64,000 nucleotides of DNA from a virus. The notes beneath the pieces were generated by a model. It was not told the DNA's origin. It searched no databases and saw only the letters and a list, made by a program, of their open reading frames with translations. Shown in pieces: positions 28,373 to 38,693 of the stretch. Location: positions 30,844 to 94,843 of the IMG/VR virus record IMGVR_UViG_3300027586_000004, one strand, 5' to 3'. The position numbers and the translations under genes are program-made. Every line of letters begins with the position of its first letter. The first letter of the stretch is position 1.

Positions 28373-29340
28373 TGGCTATTGTATTTTATTGCTTTATGAT
28401 CAATGACTGGGAGCCACGATTCCTCAGGCAGATCAAAAGAATATTGTCTTCGGGACTCTATGAAGAAGCCGTTGAAATTCATCTTTTTGCTTGTGATACA
28501 ACCGATGAAAAAAAAATCAATCTAGATCGGATAATTTGTGATTTACCAAAAATAGAATTGCACTATACAAACATTAATCACGGGGGGGAATATCTTGCCT
28601 TGCTGAAGATAGACGAATTCAGAAATAAAAGTAACTTCAAAATACTTTACTTTCACACTAAAGGAGTTTACAACAAATATAAGAATTTTGTAACCAATGA
28701 ATTGGATAATTTGAAAATAGAATCTATAAATTGTTGGGTGGAAATGATGGAGTACTTTTTATTGGACAATTGGAAATCTTGCTCCGGAAAACTTGGAGAA
28801 TATGATACGGTGGGGGTTTCTAACTTTAATGGGTGGTGGTGGGGCAATTTTTGGTGGACTACATCGGAACACATAAGGAACTTGGCACCCCTCGGTCAGT
28901 ACTACCACGACAGATGGTCTGCGGAGGCTTGGTTGCACGATTCGCATTCTGACAAACAAGCCATCAAGTTTTATGAATTCAAACGCATGGAATACGATCC
29001 CCATTATTCGCGACTGCCCAAGTACTTGTATGACGGAACAAATGTCAAGGGCATCAAGTTTGAGATAGATGAGGCAAAATATGGCTGGTTTTCAGAACAG
29101 AGAGACGAAGGCTCCCCTTTTTTGTCCAATTCGTCAATTATAGAAGATGTGACTGAAAGAGTTCGTGAAATCATCATGCAAAATAATGGAAAAGTAGAAA
29201 TTATGCCTATTATGTTTATGGGTGTGAGAGATGTTGCCCCCGGGCGAGAGAAAATACTCAGGATAAAGTTCAGAACGAATATAGACCCAGAGAACGAATA
29301 TGTTATATCTTCTTTTAGAGACTGGAAAATAACACTATGA
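28369..29340 (+). CDS. Glycosyltransferase-like protein with small C-terminal domain
   Basis: LYFHTKG, GNFWW, R..AE.W; C-terminal AKYG...DVT...D.APG..K.L. Confidence 0.6.
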   Translation: MMAIVFYCFMINDWEPRFLRQIKRILSSGLYEEAVEIHLFACDTTDEKKINLDRIICDLPKIELHYTNINHGGEYLALLKIDEFRNKSNFKILYFHTKGVYNKYKNFVTNELDNLKIESINCWVEMMEYFLLDNWKSCSGKLGEYDTVGVSNFNGWWWGNFWWTTSEHIRNLAPLGQYYHDRWSAEAWLHDSHSDKQAIKFYEFKRMEYDPHYSRLPKYLYDGTNVKGIKFEIDEAKYGWFSEQRDEGSPFLSNSSIIEDVTERVREIIMQNNGKVEIMPIMFMGVRDVAPGREKILRIKFRTNIDPENEYVISSFRDWKITL

Positions 29341-30005
29341 GACTAAGTGAAATTGCAAAAAAATACCCGACCGACAAGGACTTCACCCACAACTATTACG
29401 AGACAGCATACGAGTCTGCTTTGAGTTCTATAAGAGAAGGGGTCAAGTTTGTCTGTGAGATAGGCATAGGGGGCTTCTGGAATGAAGCGGGATGGGTTCA
29501 CGGAAACTCTCTCAAGGTTTGGAGGGACTACTTTCCGAACGCCGATATTCTTGGATTGGACATAAAAGAATATCAGATAGAAGACCTGGGCAGAATAAGG
29601 ACGGGCTGGCTGGATCAGTCCAAGAAGGATCTGGTGGTGGATTACGCGTCAAAACTGAAGGACTACGATCTGATAGTGGACGACGGATCGCACAATATAT
29701 ACGACCAGCAGATCACGCTGGCCTATTTTTTCAAATGCCTCAAGCCGGGGGGCATATACATACTGGAAGACCTCCACAGCAGCATAGAGGTCAATGACCT
29801 TGAGAAGGCGAAGTTATGGGGCTGGGGAGAGGCCGGGCACATAACTCCGCTTCAGATGCTGGAGCATCATATCGGCACCAAAGAAATAATCAGCGATTAT
29901 TTGGATGAGGGCGAAAAGCAGTATCTGGAGCAGAGCATAGACAAAATAGAGGTGTTTCACATAGGGCCCACTAGCATCACATCAATAATTAGAAAGAAGA
30001 TTTGA
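29337..30005 (+). CDS. SAM-dependent methyltransferase, paralogue of the middle domain of 25814..28372
   Basis: PTDK, EIGIG, DDGSH, LEDLHSS. Confidence 0.85.
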   Translation: MRLSEIAKKYPTDKDFTHNYYETAYESALSSIREGVKFVCEIGIGGFWNEAGWVHGNSLKVWRDYFPNADILGLDIKEYQIEDLGRIRTGWLDQSKKDLVVDYASKLKDYDLIVDDGSHNIYDQQITLAYFFKCLKPGGIYILEDLHSSIEVNDLEKAKLWGWGEAGHITPLQMLEHHIGTKEIISDYLDEGEKQYLEQSIDKIEVFHIGPTSITSIIRKKI

Positions 30006-30112
30006 TGCCGATCAATTTCGCATCAAACAACGCCCGGAGGCACTATGAGGAAAGCCTCTCCCCCAAAGTCAGGGCCAGAAACACTATTCTGAAATTAGGA
30101 TTAATTATATGA
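30005..30112 (+). pseudogene. 35-codon ORF, possible remnant of a deleted gene
   Basis: MPINFASNNARRHYEESLSPK..., coupled to both neighbours. Confidence 0.3.
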
Positions 30113-31794
30113 ACAATAATGTGACCATAGTTACGGGTCTCTGGGATCTAGGCAGAGGGGACATAGACGGCTGGGCCAAGAGGGACTTCTCCCATTACAA
30201 GGACAAGTTTTTTGAGCTTTTGAAGTGCGACGCGCAGATGTGCGTCTGGATTCCCGAAATCCTCAGGCGCGAGGTAGAGGAGATCAGAGGTGACAAGCCG
30301 ACAAAAATATTCATCAAGAACAATTCCGACTTTGATACGTGGAACCCATTCTTCAGAAGGATGCAGGAAATAAGAAACGATCCTTCATGGAGGAATTCTG
30401 CGGGCTGGCTTGCCGAATCACCCCAGGCGGCCCTGGAATACTACAACGCGATGATGTTCACGAAGATGTTCATGATCAATGATTCGGCGATTACCAATCC
30501 GTTCTCGAGCGAGTATTTCTTCTGGATGGACGGAGGATTGACAAATACTGTGAACGCGGGGTATTTCCTCCACGACATGGTTCTTGACAATCTGGATAGA
30601 TATGTTCTGAAGAACGGCGGCAAGTTCGTCTTCATCTCCTATCCTTACGATGGCAACGACGAAATCCATGGATTTGAACGTAAGGCCATGGCTCGGTACT
30701 GCGATGTGGATTTCGTCAATTATGTCTGCCGTGGCGGGTTCTTCGGCGGATCCAAGGAGAAAGTCCACGCCTTCAACGACCTTCATTACGGCGTCATGAA
30801 GTCCACATTGAATGAAGGCCTCATGGGAGCCGACGAGTGCATTTTCACAATCCTCGCCCACAGGAATCCTGAAATAACTCATAGGTTTGAAATATCGGGC
30901 GACGGCCTCGTGTGGCCTTTCTTTGAGAATCTGAAGGAGTTCACGGAGGATAAGATGAGGCATGATCCCTCGTTCTCCGACCCGGACAACACCGCAATAT
31001 ATGTGATAACTTTCAATAGTCCTTCACAATTTGAGGCTCTCCTGCAGAGCATGGAGACCTACGACAATGACTTTATAACTAAACCGAGGCGGAAGTATCT
31101 GTTGGACAACTCCTCCGATCTCTCCACCACCGAGAGATACAGTTCCGTCTGTGAAAAATACGGCTACGAGCACATAAAGAAGGACAATCTAGGAATATGC
31201 GGAGGCAGGCAGTTCATTGCCGAACACGCGGAGGAGAACGGTTTTGATTTCTATATGTTTTTTGAAGACGACATGTTCTTTTACTCGGGGCCGGATCAGT
31301 ACTGCAAGAGCGGGTTCAGAAGAAAAGTCGCAGGCTTGTACAAGAACTCCATAAACATCATAAGGGAAAACGGCTTTGACTTTCTCAAGTTGTCTTTCAC
31401 GGAGTTCTACGGCGACAACGGAACACAGTGGTCTTGGTACAACATACCGCAGGATGTGAGGGGGAGGCATTTCCCCGAAAAGACCAAGCTCCCCGTCATG
31501 GGAACCGATCCGAACGCGCCGAGGACTAAATTTGGAAGCATAAGAGTTTTAAATGGAATTCCTTACATAGATGGAGAGATATACTACTGCAACTGGCCCC
31601 AGGTCGTAAGCCGAAGCGGCAACAAAAAGATGTTCCTCACCGAACGATGGTCTCATCCCTATGAGGGAACATGGATGTCATATATTTTCCAGGAGACAAA
31701 GAAGGGCAACATCCTCCCTGGCCTCCTCTTGGCTTCTCCCACACAGCACGAACGCAGAGATTTCTATGACGGAAAATTGAGGAAGGAGTCTTAG
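30109..31794 (+). CDS. HtrL/WlaTC-like glycosyltransferase fused to a GT2-like domain
   Basis: TIVTGLWDLGR, NPF.S.YFFWMDGG, GGFFGG; later FFEDD. Confidence 0.8.
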   Translation: MNNNVTIVTGLWDLGRGDIDGWAKRDFSHYKDKFFELLKCDAQMCVWIPEILRREVEEIRGDKPTKIFIKNNSDFDTWNPFFRRMQEIRNDPSWRNSAGWLAESPQAALEYYNAMMFTKMFMINDSAITNPFSSEYFFWMDGGLTNTVNAGYFLHDMVLDNLDRYVLKNGGKFVFISYPYDGNDEIHGFERKAMARYCDVDFVNYVCRGGFFGGSKEKVHAFNDLHYGVMKSTLNEGLMGADECIFTILAHRNPEITHRFEISGDGLVWPFFENLKEFTEDKMRHDPSFSDPDNTAIYVITFNSPSQFEALLQSMETYDNDFITKPRRKYLLDNSSDLSTTERYSSVCEKYGYEHIKKDNLGICGGRQFIAEHAEENGFDFYMFFEDDMFFYSGPDQYCKSGFRRKVAGLYKNSINIIRENGFDFLKLSFTEFYGDNGTQWSWYNIPQDVRGRHFPEKTKLPVMGTDPNAPRTKFGSIRVLNGIPYIDGEIYYCNWPQVVSRSGNKKMFLTERWSHPYEGTWMSYIFQETKKGNILPGLLLASPTQHERRDFYDGKLRKES

Positions 31795-32069
31795 TCCCAA
31801 TGTTCTGTTCCGTCTTCTTTGAAGTAGTGAAGCACCCAACCATTCGTTGAATAATACTTCCTGTCCAACTTGATTTTGCCGTTGTGGATTTTTCTATGAC
31901 ACACGGCGCATGTGGTCACTGTATTTAATTCCACGTATTCGCCTCCGAGTTCTCCCGGGACTATCCTGTGGACATCCAGGGTGCAGTAGTCGTCCTCCCC
32001 GCAGAAGTGGCACTTCTTGTCCGACTTCTTTTTGATGGCCTTGTTGATCAGTCTTTTCTTTCTAGGCAT
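31791..32069 (-). CDS. HNH endonuclease
   Basis: CHFC, VHRIVP..GG, N...CAVCH..IH. Confidence 0.85.
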   Translation of the reverse strand: MPRKKRLINKAIKKKSDKKCHFCGEDDYCTLDVHRIVPGELGGEYVELNTVTTCAVCHRKIHNGKIKLDRKYYSTNGWVLHYFKEDGTEHWD

Positions 32070-32106
32070 TGCATGATAAGATAGTAGAAACCCATGGATT
32101 GCCCTG

Positions 32107-33138
32107 ATGCGAATTGAAAACGAGATCAAGTTGGATTATTCTGATGTTCTCATCTGCCCGAAGAGATCCGAATCCCCCAGCAGGAAGAATGTAAGCCTTC
32201 ACCAGAAGTTCAGGTTTCTGAACTCCGGAGCGGACTGGGAGGGGGTTCCGATAGTCGCCGCGAACATGTCCACGGTCGGGACTTTCGCCATGGCAAAGGC
32301 TCTCGCGGAATACGATATGCCGGTGTGCCTTCACAAGCACTACTCGGTAGCGCAGCTATCGGAGTTCTTTGAGAACAACGAGGCGTTCTACACGCTCGGC
32401 ATAAAGGACGAGGATTTTGAAAAACTGGAGGACTTCAGGGGCAGGCGCGGGGATCCCAAATATGTTTGCCTTGATGTGGCCAACGGCTACACGAGGTTCT
32501 TTGTGGAGAGGTGCAAGAGGCTCCGGGGAGCCCTTCCGAAAAGTGTTCTGATGGCGGGCAACGTATGCACGCCCGAGATGGTGCAGGAACTACTGCTTTC
32601 CGGCGGGGTCGACATCGTCAAGATAGGAATAGGCCCCGGCTCCGCATGCACCACTAGAATTGTAACTGGTGTGGGATTCCCGCAGCTCAGCGCATGCCTT
32701 GAATGCGCAGATGCGGCCCACGGCCTCAGGGGACACATTGTCGCGGACGGAGGATGCACAACGCCGGGCGACGTCGCCAAGGCCTTCGGTGCTGGCGCCG
32801 ACTTCGTGATGCTCGGAGGAATGCTGAGCGGACACGACGAGTGCGAGGGGGACTGGGAACTTGACGAGTCCGGCAACAGGAAATTCTTCAGGTTCTACGG
32901 AATGAGCAGCAATGAGGCCATGGAGAAGTTCAACGGCGGGAAGGCGAGGTACAGGGCCAGCGAGGGGAGAAGCGCTAAAATCCCGTACGGGGGTCCGGTG
33001 AAGTCCGCCGTTGAGGAGATTCTCGGAGGCTTGAGGAGTGCCTGCACCTATGTGGGAACCGAAAACCTGAAGGACTTGAGCAAGTGCTGCAAATTTGTTA
33101 GAGTGAACAACACCCACAATAGAATATTTGAGAACTGA
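32107..33138 (+). CDS. guaC: GMP reductase
   Basis: DVLICPKRS, AANM, LDVANGY, GIGPGSACTTR, FYGMSS, YRASEG. Confidence 0.95.
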   Translation: MRIENEIKLDYSDVLICPKRSESPSRKNVSLHQKFRFLNSGADWEGVPIVAANMSTVGTFAMAKALAEYDMPVCLHKHYSVAQLSEFFENNEAFYTLGIKDEDFEKLEDFRGRRGDPKYVCLDVANGYTRFFVERCKRLRGALPKSVLMAGNVCTPEMVQELLLSGGVDIVKIGIGPGSACTTRIVTGVGFPQLSACLECADAAHGLRGHIVADGGCTTPGDVAKAFGAGADFVMLGGMLSGHDECEGDWELDESGNRKFFRFYGMSSNEAMEKFNGGKARYRASEGRSAKIPYGGPVKSAVEEILGGLRSACTYVGTENLKDLSKCCKFVRVNNTHNRIFEN

Positions 33139-33161
33139 ATCGGACGCGACTAGGTTACGAT

Positions 33162-34772
33162 ATGCATGAATTAGAAGACGAACCTCTGTCGGACGTCGAG
33201 CAGGCGGAACTCGATAAACTCACCAATCCGGATGAAAATCCCGACGAAAAGTACAAGTGGGACGAGGAATTTCAAAGGACGATAATCGGACTTCTTCTCA
33301 ACGACAGGTGGTTTGCGACCCAGTGCCGGGACCTCATAAAGTCTTCTTATTTCGTGGACGAACGGCACCAACTTGTCTGCCGGATACTTTTTGATCACAT
33401 AGATTCTTACAAGGCGATTCCTTCGAAGACTCTCGTGATGCAGGATGTGAAGGACAAGACCGCAAACAAGGACGAGCAGTCTAAATTTCATTACACCGCA
33501 GAGATAGAACTGATATACAAAAAGTATGTCCCGGGACTTGACACAAGAGAGGCCTTTCTCGCCAAGATAATAAACTTTGCCAAGCTGATGGCTCTAAAGG
33601 TCGCCTTTGATCAGTCCCTCGGCCTCATAAAGAGGGATCCCGAAAGCGAGGATACGTGGATAAAGATCCAGGATGTCCTCAAAGGCGCCCTTCTTGTGGA
33701 CAGGAACTTCGAGTTGGGTCTGAACTACTTCCAGACCTTTGAGGAACGCTATGAGAGGATGCAGAAGGATGAGGAGACGAGGGAGAGGTTCACAAGCGGG
33801 TTTGACAGGATAGACGACGCCCTTCTCGGGGGCGGGTGTCACCGTGGCGAGATTTATTCGTGGATCGGAATGAGCGGAAGCGGAAAGTCCCTCGCCCTAG
33901 TCGGAGCCGCCCTTCAGAACGTCGTCAGGCTCGGAAAGAAGGTTCTTTATGTTTCTCTTGAAATGGGAGAGGACGCCATAGCCGAAAGATTTGACGCCCA
34001 GCTTTCGGGGGTGGACATCAACAAACTACAAGAATATAAAGAAAAGGTCATGGCGGCCTTTGAGGACAAGCTCCGCGACAAGGAGGACAAGCGCCTTCTA
34101 ATAATAAAGCAGTTTCCCGCCGGAAGCATGACTGTCGCGACCCTCAGGGCATACATGCAGCAGCTTCAGCTCCTGGGATTCATCCCCGATCTTGTCGTCA
34201 TAGATTACATCGGTGAAATGAAGGACTATCCCGGCATTCCCACATACGAATCCAGATACAGGATGGTTCGTGACCTCCGCGGCCTCGCCACGGAGGAGAA
34301 CATATGCGTATTCACCGCCATGCAGCCGAACAAGGACGCCCGCGAGGCCCAGAAGAAGGATGGCCTCGGCGACGGCGTCATAGACGACACCAATCTCGCT
34401 GACTCCTACGGGCAGATCAGACCCCTTGACGGGTGTTGGAGCATAAATCAGATGCAGGCCGAGAAGGAGGCCGGCATAGCCCGAATATTCGTAATCAAAC
34501 ACAGGCACGGCAAGAGCAGGTTCACCTTCTGGGCTCAGTTTGATAAGGAGACGCTCCAAATAAAGCAGATAGCGGAGGATGTCTACAACAAAATGTGGAA
34601 GGAATACTCTTTCAGTAAGACGGATCGCGCTGCCGACATGGACATTCAGGCCGAGATGCTCGCATCCAAGACAAAGAAGAAAAAGATGCTGGAGAACGAC
34701 GCGGGGTACGAGGATCCCGACTCTCCCGACGTACAACCGCCATTAGAAGAAGGAGAAAGAAAGAATGACTGA
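33162..34772 (+). CDS. Replicative helicase (DnaB/gp41-like)
   Basis: GMSGSGKS, YVSLEM, IIKQFP, VIDY, TAMQ, K.RHG. Confidence 0.93.
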   Translation: MHELEDEPLSDVEQAELDKLTNPDENPDEKYKWDEEFQRTIIGLLLNDRWFATQCRDLIKSSYFVDERHQLVCRILFDHIDSYKAIPSKTLVMQDVKDKTANKDEQSKFHYTAEIELIYKKYVPGLDTREAFLAKIINFAKLMALKVAFDQSLGLIKRDPESEDTWIKIQDVLKGALLVDRNFELGLNYFQTFEERYERMQKDEETRERFTSGFDRIDDALLGGGCHRGEIYSWIGMSGSGKSLALVGAALQNVVRLGKKVLYVSLEMGEDAIAERFDAQLSGVDINKLQEYKEKVMAAFEDKLRDKEDKRLLIIKQFPAGSMTVATLRAYMQQLQLLGFIPDLVVIDYIGEMKDYPGIPTYESRYRMVRDLRGLATEENICVFTAMQPNKDAREAQKKDGLGDGVIDDTNLADSYGQIRPLDGCWSINQMQAEKEAGIARIFVIKHRHGKSRFTFWAQFDKETLQIKQIAEDVYNKMWKEYSFSKTDRAADMDIQAEMLASKTKKKKMLENDAGYEDPDSPDVQPPLEEGERKND

Positions 34773-35292
34773 AATAAACGAACTTGTGCCAAAGGGCGAC
34801 GCCGACAGGATCGCACCCCACGCACAGACCACGATAAAGATAGGTGGCCAGGAGATCGTCCTGGACAATACAAGGCTGTCTTTCAACGAGATTAGCCTCA
34901 ATAATTTCATGGAGAACCTCGCCCTCTGGTATGACTTTTTTAGTCAGAAACTCGCAGAGGCCGAGGCCATACTAGCCTACAAGGAATATGAGTATGATAT
35001 ACTTTTTTCCGCCTCTTACGAGAAGAGCAAGGAGGAGGGGTGTACTGACAAGCTTGCGGAGGCAAGCACAAAGAAGGATGCAAATGTCTGCGAGGCCAAG
35101 AGGGAGATAATAGGCGCCAAGCACAAGGTCACCCTCCTCAAGCAGCACCTCAAGGCCTGGGACAAGGCTCACGAGAACGCGATGAGCAGGGGCCATATGG
35201 TTCGAAAGGAAATGGACAAACTAAACACGGACATCGTGTTAAAGAACAGGGACGACGCAGTCTCCGGGATTATCGGCAGAAGATCCCAATAG
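34765..35292 (+). CDS. UvsY-like recombination mediator
   Basis: Helical protein with the UvsY-like layout (TDK..E...); position after helicase. Confidence 0.55.
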   Translation: MTEINELVPKGDADRIAPHAQTTIKIGGQEIVLDNTRLSFNEISLNNFMENLALWYDFFSQKLAEAEAILAYKEYEYDILFSASYEKSKEEGCTDKLAEASTKKDANVCEAKREIIGAKHKVTLLKQHLKAWDKAHENAMSRGHMVRKEMDKLNTDIVLKNRDDAVSGIIGRRSQ

Positions 35293-35302
35293 GACTTGAA
35301 TC

Positions 35303-35893
35303 TTGAATTTCCTTGTCGACCCAAACAACATAACTAAGTTTGACTGCACGGATCACGAATTGCAGTTGGTTCTGCTTTTTTGGATATGTGCCGCGGGCAA
35401 GAAGGCCTCCACCGCGGCGCGAAACTTGGATCGCATGCTTTCTTACGGAAGTGATAGATTCGGCACGGACGAGCCGTTCAAGATAATCCGCAGGTTTGGA
35501 GCCGAACTTGCGGAATCCATGAGGATCCACGGGATCGGTTGTTACAACAACAAGAGTAGATCAATGCTTGATCTGGCCGACAAGGACTTTGATCTAAAAA
35601 AATGCTCCGTTTCGGACCTTGAGTCCGTTCATTGTATAGGACCAAAGACGGCACGGTGTTTTCTGATACACAGCCGAAAGGACGCAAGGTTTGCCGGTCT
35701 GGACACCCATGCTCTTAAGTATATGAGAGAGCAAGGCTTTGACGTGCCGAAATCAACTCCTTCGGGCAAGAAATACCTTGATTTAGAGGCCAAATTTCTT
35801 GAAATGGCCGACAGATCGGGGAAGACGCTTGCGGAGTTTGACCTAGACATTTGGAGGCACTACAGCTATATAAAGATAGAGCCTGGACTTTAG
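35303..35893 (+). CDS. HhH-GPD DNA glycosylase (8-oxoG/Ogg-like)
   Basis: IGPKTARCFL, GLDTH, Y..LE..F, E.DL.IW. Confidence 0.8.
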   Translation: MNFLVDPNNITKFDCTDHELQLVLLFWICAAGKKASTAARNLDRMLSYGSDRFGTDEPFKIIRRFGAELAESMRIHGIGCYNNKSRSMLDLADKDFDLKKCSVSDLESVHCIGPKTARCFLIHSRKDARFAGLDTHALKYMREQGFDVPKSTPSGKKYLDLEAKFLEMADRSGKTLAEFDLDIWRHYSYIKIEPGL

Positions 35894-36077
35894 GGTTGGA
35901 AGTACCAGAAGAAGATAGAGAAATAATTCGGGTGGGGGACATTTCAAGGCCCAACAATGCAGTTCCTTATCTTAAACCAGATCACATAAAAACAATTACT
36001 AGGTTGGGCCTAGGAAAGCAAAAGCCCAGAGACGCACAAAGATTCGTAGGTACTTATAAAAGATTATTTGGTGACAG

Positions 36078-36827
36078 ATGAAAACATTCAAACAATACTT
36101 AGAAGACCAACAGATGATGATGTTCTCTACTAAAACAGTGGAGCTATATCATGGGTCAAACACAGGAGCGGATAATAATGTTCTGTATAGTTTTAAGACG
36201 AAAGGTATAATGCCTATTGGTAATGGACATGGTCAAGGAAGTGGTTTTTATGTTTTTAGTGATAGAAAAACTGCAGAACATCACGCAAAAACTTTAAAGG
36301 ATGAAGAAAACTGGCAAGCTGGTTTCACTACTTATGCCGACAACTCAGGCGTTCCAATGATTGTTACTGTAGAGTCTTTTTTAGAGCCATCTAAATGGGA
36401 TTTAGATTATGAACTTAATAGTAAAAAAATAATTAAATGGATTTACGATAATTGGGATATAGTGAGCAAACATATGGAAGATTTATTTGATATGGAAAGA
36501 ACTAAAAGATTCCATTATCCAGAAACTCCAAGTGTGTTAGGAGGAGTTAATCCATCTAGAACTGGTGTCCAACTTTATCCTAAAGAAGTTGGGCCAGTAA
36601 AAAGCATAACAACGACACCGACAGGAGTAGGTGGAACTGGTCATGGTGAAATTTTAGGGAAAATTTTAACAAAACTTAAGCAAAAAGACCCCCAAACAGT
36701 GGATAAATTTGAAGAATTATTTTTTGCCAATATGAAGACAGGAGTTGCAATAAAATATGTAGGCACAGAAACTTTAACTCCGAAAAGAATAGAGATATTT
36801 AAAGATGGTCAATGGGTTCAAGCTTAA
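36078..36827 (+). CDS. ADP-ribosyltransferase-fold-like protein with capsid-targeting-like N-terminus
   Basis: MKTFKQYLE, then LYHGS ... G.GFYV ... A..HA. Confidence 0.55.
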   Translation: MKTFKQYLEDQQMMMFSTKTVELYHGSNTGADNNVLYSFKTKGIMPIGNGHGQGSGFYVFSDRKTAEHHAKTLKDEENWQAGFTTYADNSGVPMIVTVESFLEPSKWDLDYELNSKKIIKWIYDNWDIVSKHMEDLFDMERTKRFHYPETPSVLGGVNPSRTGVQLYPKEVGPVKSITTTPTGVGGTGHGEILGKILTKLKQKDPQTVDKFEELFFANMKTGVAIKYVGTETLTPKRIEIFKDGQWVQA

Positions 36828-37024
36828 TTAGAGAATTTTTCTCTAATATAAGTAGCATCTTTTAACACTTCTGGGTTGTGCCTGTTCCAGTTTTTAAGAT
36901 GACCAAAAAATAAATGGCAATTGAAACTTTCACTTTCACAAAGAGAAATTAAATTATCTGGATCTAATTCTTTGTCTGGATCTAAGTGAACTGGAATTAT
37001 ATGGTGCGCTCCAAGGCTAGTCAA
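36824..37024 (-). pseudogene. 5'-truncated HNH endonuclease
   Basis: HHIIP...NLISLC...CH..GH present, first CxxC and credible start missing. Confidence 0.65.
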
Positions 37025-37033
37025 AATATTGCT

Positions 37034-37234
37034 TCATGAAGCAAAAATTTGTAGAAAAATAAAGAATGACATGACAAAAAAAGCGATACCGACAGACACC
37101 CACAAGTGAGGATGTTTTTCGACCAATGAGGCCTCCCTTGCTTTTTTTTCTGCTCTTTTAGTTTTTTTGATTTTTTTTAATGAATCTATTGCTTCTTTGG
37201 CGTACTCAGACGCACTTTTAATTGTTGCTTCCAT
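37034..37234 (-). CDS. Small protein with C-terminal TM helix
   Basis: Basic N-terminus, hydrophobic C-terminus. Confidence 0.5.
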   Translation of the reverse strand: MEATIKSASEYAKEAIDSLKKIKKTKRAEKKAREASLVEKHPHLWVSVGIAFFVMSFFIFLQIFAS

Positions 37235-37287
37235 GGAACTATCGTATTATGTGGGGAGACCGCTTTTTAAGCTAGATTATCATTAGC

Positions 37288-37908
37288 ATGGATTTGAATA
37301 AACTGAAAAATGACATGGAGGATTCTCTTGAGGGTGGCCTCGCGGGGCCGCGGGCGCTTCTGGACAAGCTCAGAATGATGGACGACGACTCTAGAAAAAG
37401 CCCACAGTACCAAGATCCTAATTATCTTCCCTTCTATTACCATCTGTCTAAACATCTGAGACCAAAGACGATCCTTCAGGTTGGATTCAATCTCGGACTT
37501 CCCTTGTGCTGTTTTCTCCAGGGATGTTCGTCCGTTACAATGGCCGTGGGGTTCCAATTTGAATCCGGTGATTTTTATTCGCGGCGCCTTGGCGTATCAA
37601 ACATCAAGGACATCAAAGGCCGTTCGTTTCCATTCGCCTTCCATCTCGGACGCATCACGGATGAGCCTTTCGTGCGGATGATTTCCCAGGGAATTGACCT
37701 TGTGATCGTCGCCGAAAAAGTCGGCCTAGACCTCTCGGATGTACTGGAGGTCTGCTGGCAGAACCTTAATCTTGATGGATTTATTGTTTTGGATAAGGCC
37801 TCGCCGGAATCTGCCGAGGGCGTGCTTTTCTCCGATTTCTGCAGGTCGAAGAACAGAGACTTCATTTTTTTTGGCACGAGGTACGGAACCGCCCTCGCTA
37901 TGAAATGA
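37288..37908 (+). CDS. Methyltransferase-like protein (divergent)
   Basis: PKTILQVGFNLG, IDLVIV, L..DG.IVLD. Confidence 0.6.
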   Translation: MDLNKLKNDMEDSLEGGLAGPRALLDKLRMMDDDSRKSPQYQDPNYLPFYYHLSKHLRPKTILQVGFNLGLPLCCFLQGCSSVTMAVGFQFESGDFYSRRLGVSNIKDIKGRSFPFAFHLGRITDEPFVRMISQGIDLVIVAEKVGLDLSDVLEVCWQNLNLDGFIVLDKASPESAEGVLFSDFCRSKNRDFIFFGTRYGTALAMK

Positions 37909-37931
37909 AACGCCGCAGCTACTTTTAATAT

Positions 37932-38693
37932 ATGGGATACGAGATTTTTTACAGTTTTAAGGAGGCCTTGGAAAGTCCCGGCACGTACGGGGAAGAGGTC
38001 AAGACAAAGAGCGTCAAGGTGGGCAAGGTCACCGAAGAGGTCGGTCTGGAAGTTGTCGCGGGCAAGGTGATGAGCCAGCTCGCCCGGCGGAACATACTGA
38101 TCGTGGATGTGGAGATATACGAGTACGCCAAGAAGAAGCTTGGATACAGGGAGACATCCGACGGCATTGTAATAAAGGGGAAGAAGTTCAGCTTTGATTC
38201 GGGGTCGGTTGTCACGACCGAAGAATTTGAGCCCGAGGATGACCTTAAGCCCAAGGATGAACTTAAGCCCGAGGATGAACTTAAGCCCGAGGATGCCTTT
38301 AAACCAGTGCCCTCGCCTTCAAGAGATCTCGCCGACAAGTCCTGCTCCATCAAGAGGGGTCAGAATCTTGTGAAGCGAGCGATCCGCCAGGAAATGTATG
38401 ATCCCGATCCCGTAGGCGAGCAGAAAGTCAGTCAGAAGGGTCTGAAGTTCACGATGGGCAGGAAATACCCCGTCTATTCCGAGGAATCCCTCGGATCCAC
38501 CCTCGTCTACAGCACCACCGACGACTCCGGAAAGGAAGTGAAGGTCAGCGCCGAGTATTTCGTCGCCGTTGGAGTCGGACTTTCGCAGGAGGGCGAGGCG
38601 GCGAAGTACGTCGGAGCCGAGAATCAGAAGGAAGAGGTAAACCTCTGGAGAAACTACGAGAGAACCGAAATGCCGGACATAAGGAGAAGATGA
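37932..38693 (+). CDS. Hypothetical protein
   Basis: 253-aa ORF with core-like codon usage. Confidence 0.75.
   Translation: MGYEIFYSFKEALESPGTYGEEVKTKSVKVGKVTEEVGLEVVAGKVMSQLARRNILIVDVEIYEYAKKKLGYRETSDGIVIKGKKFSFDSGSVVTTEEFEPEDDLKPKDELKPEDELKPEDAFKPVPSPSRDLADKSCSIKRGQNLVKRAIRQEMYDPDPVGEQKVSQKGLKFTMGRKYPVYSEESLGSTLVYSTTDDSGKEVKVSAEYFVAVGVGLSQEGEAAKYVGAENQKEEVNLWRNYERTEMPDIRRR
38231..38302. repeat. 18-nt coding tandem repeat x4 (PEDELK)
   Basis: gcccgaggatgaacttaa variants. Confidence 0.9.
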
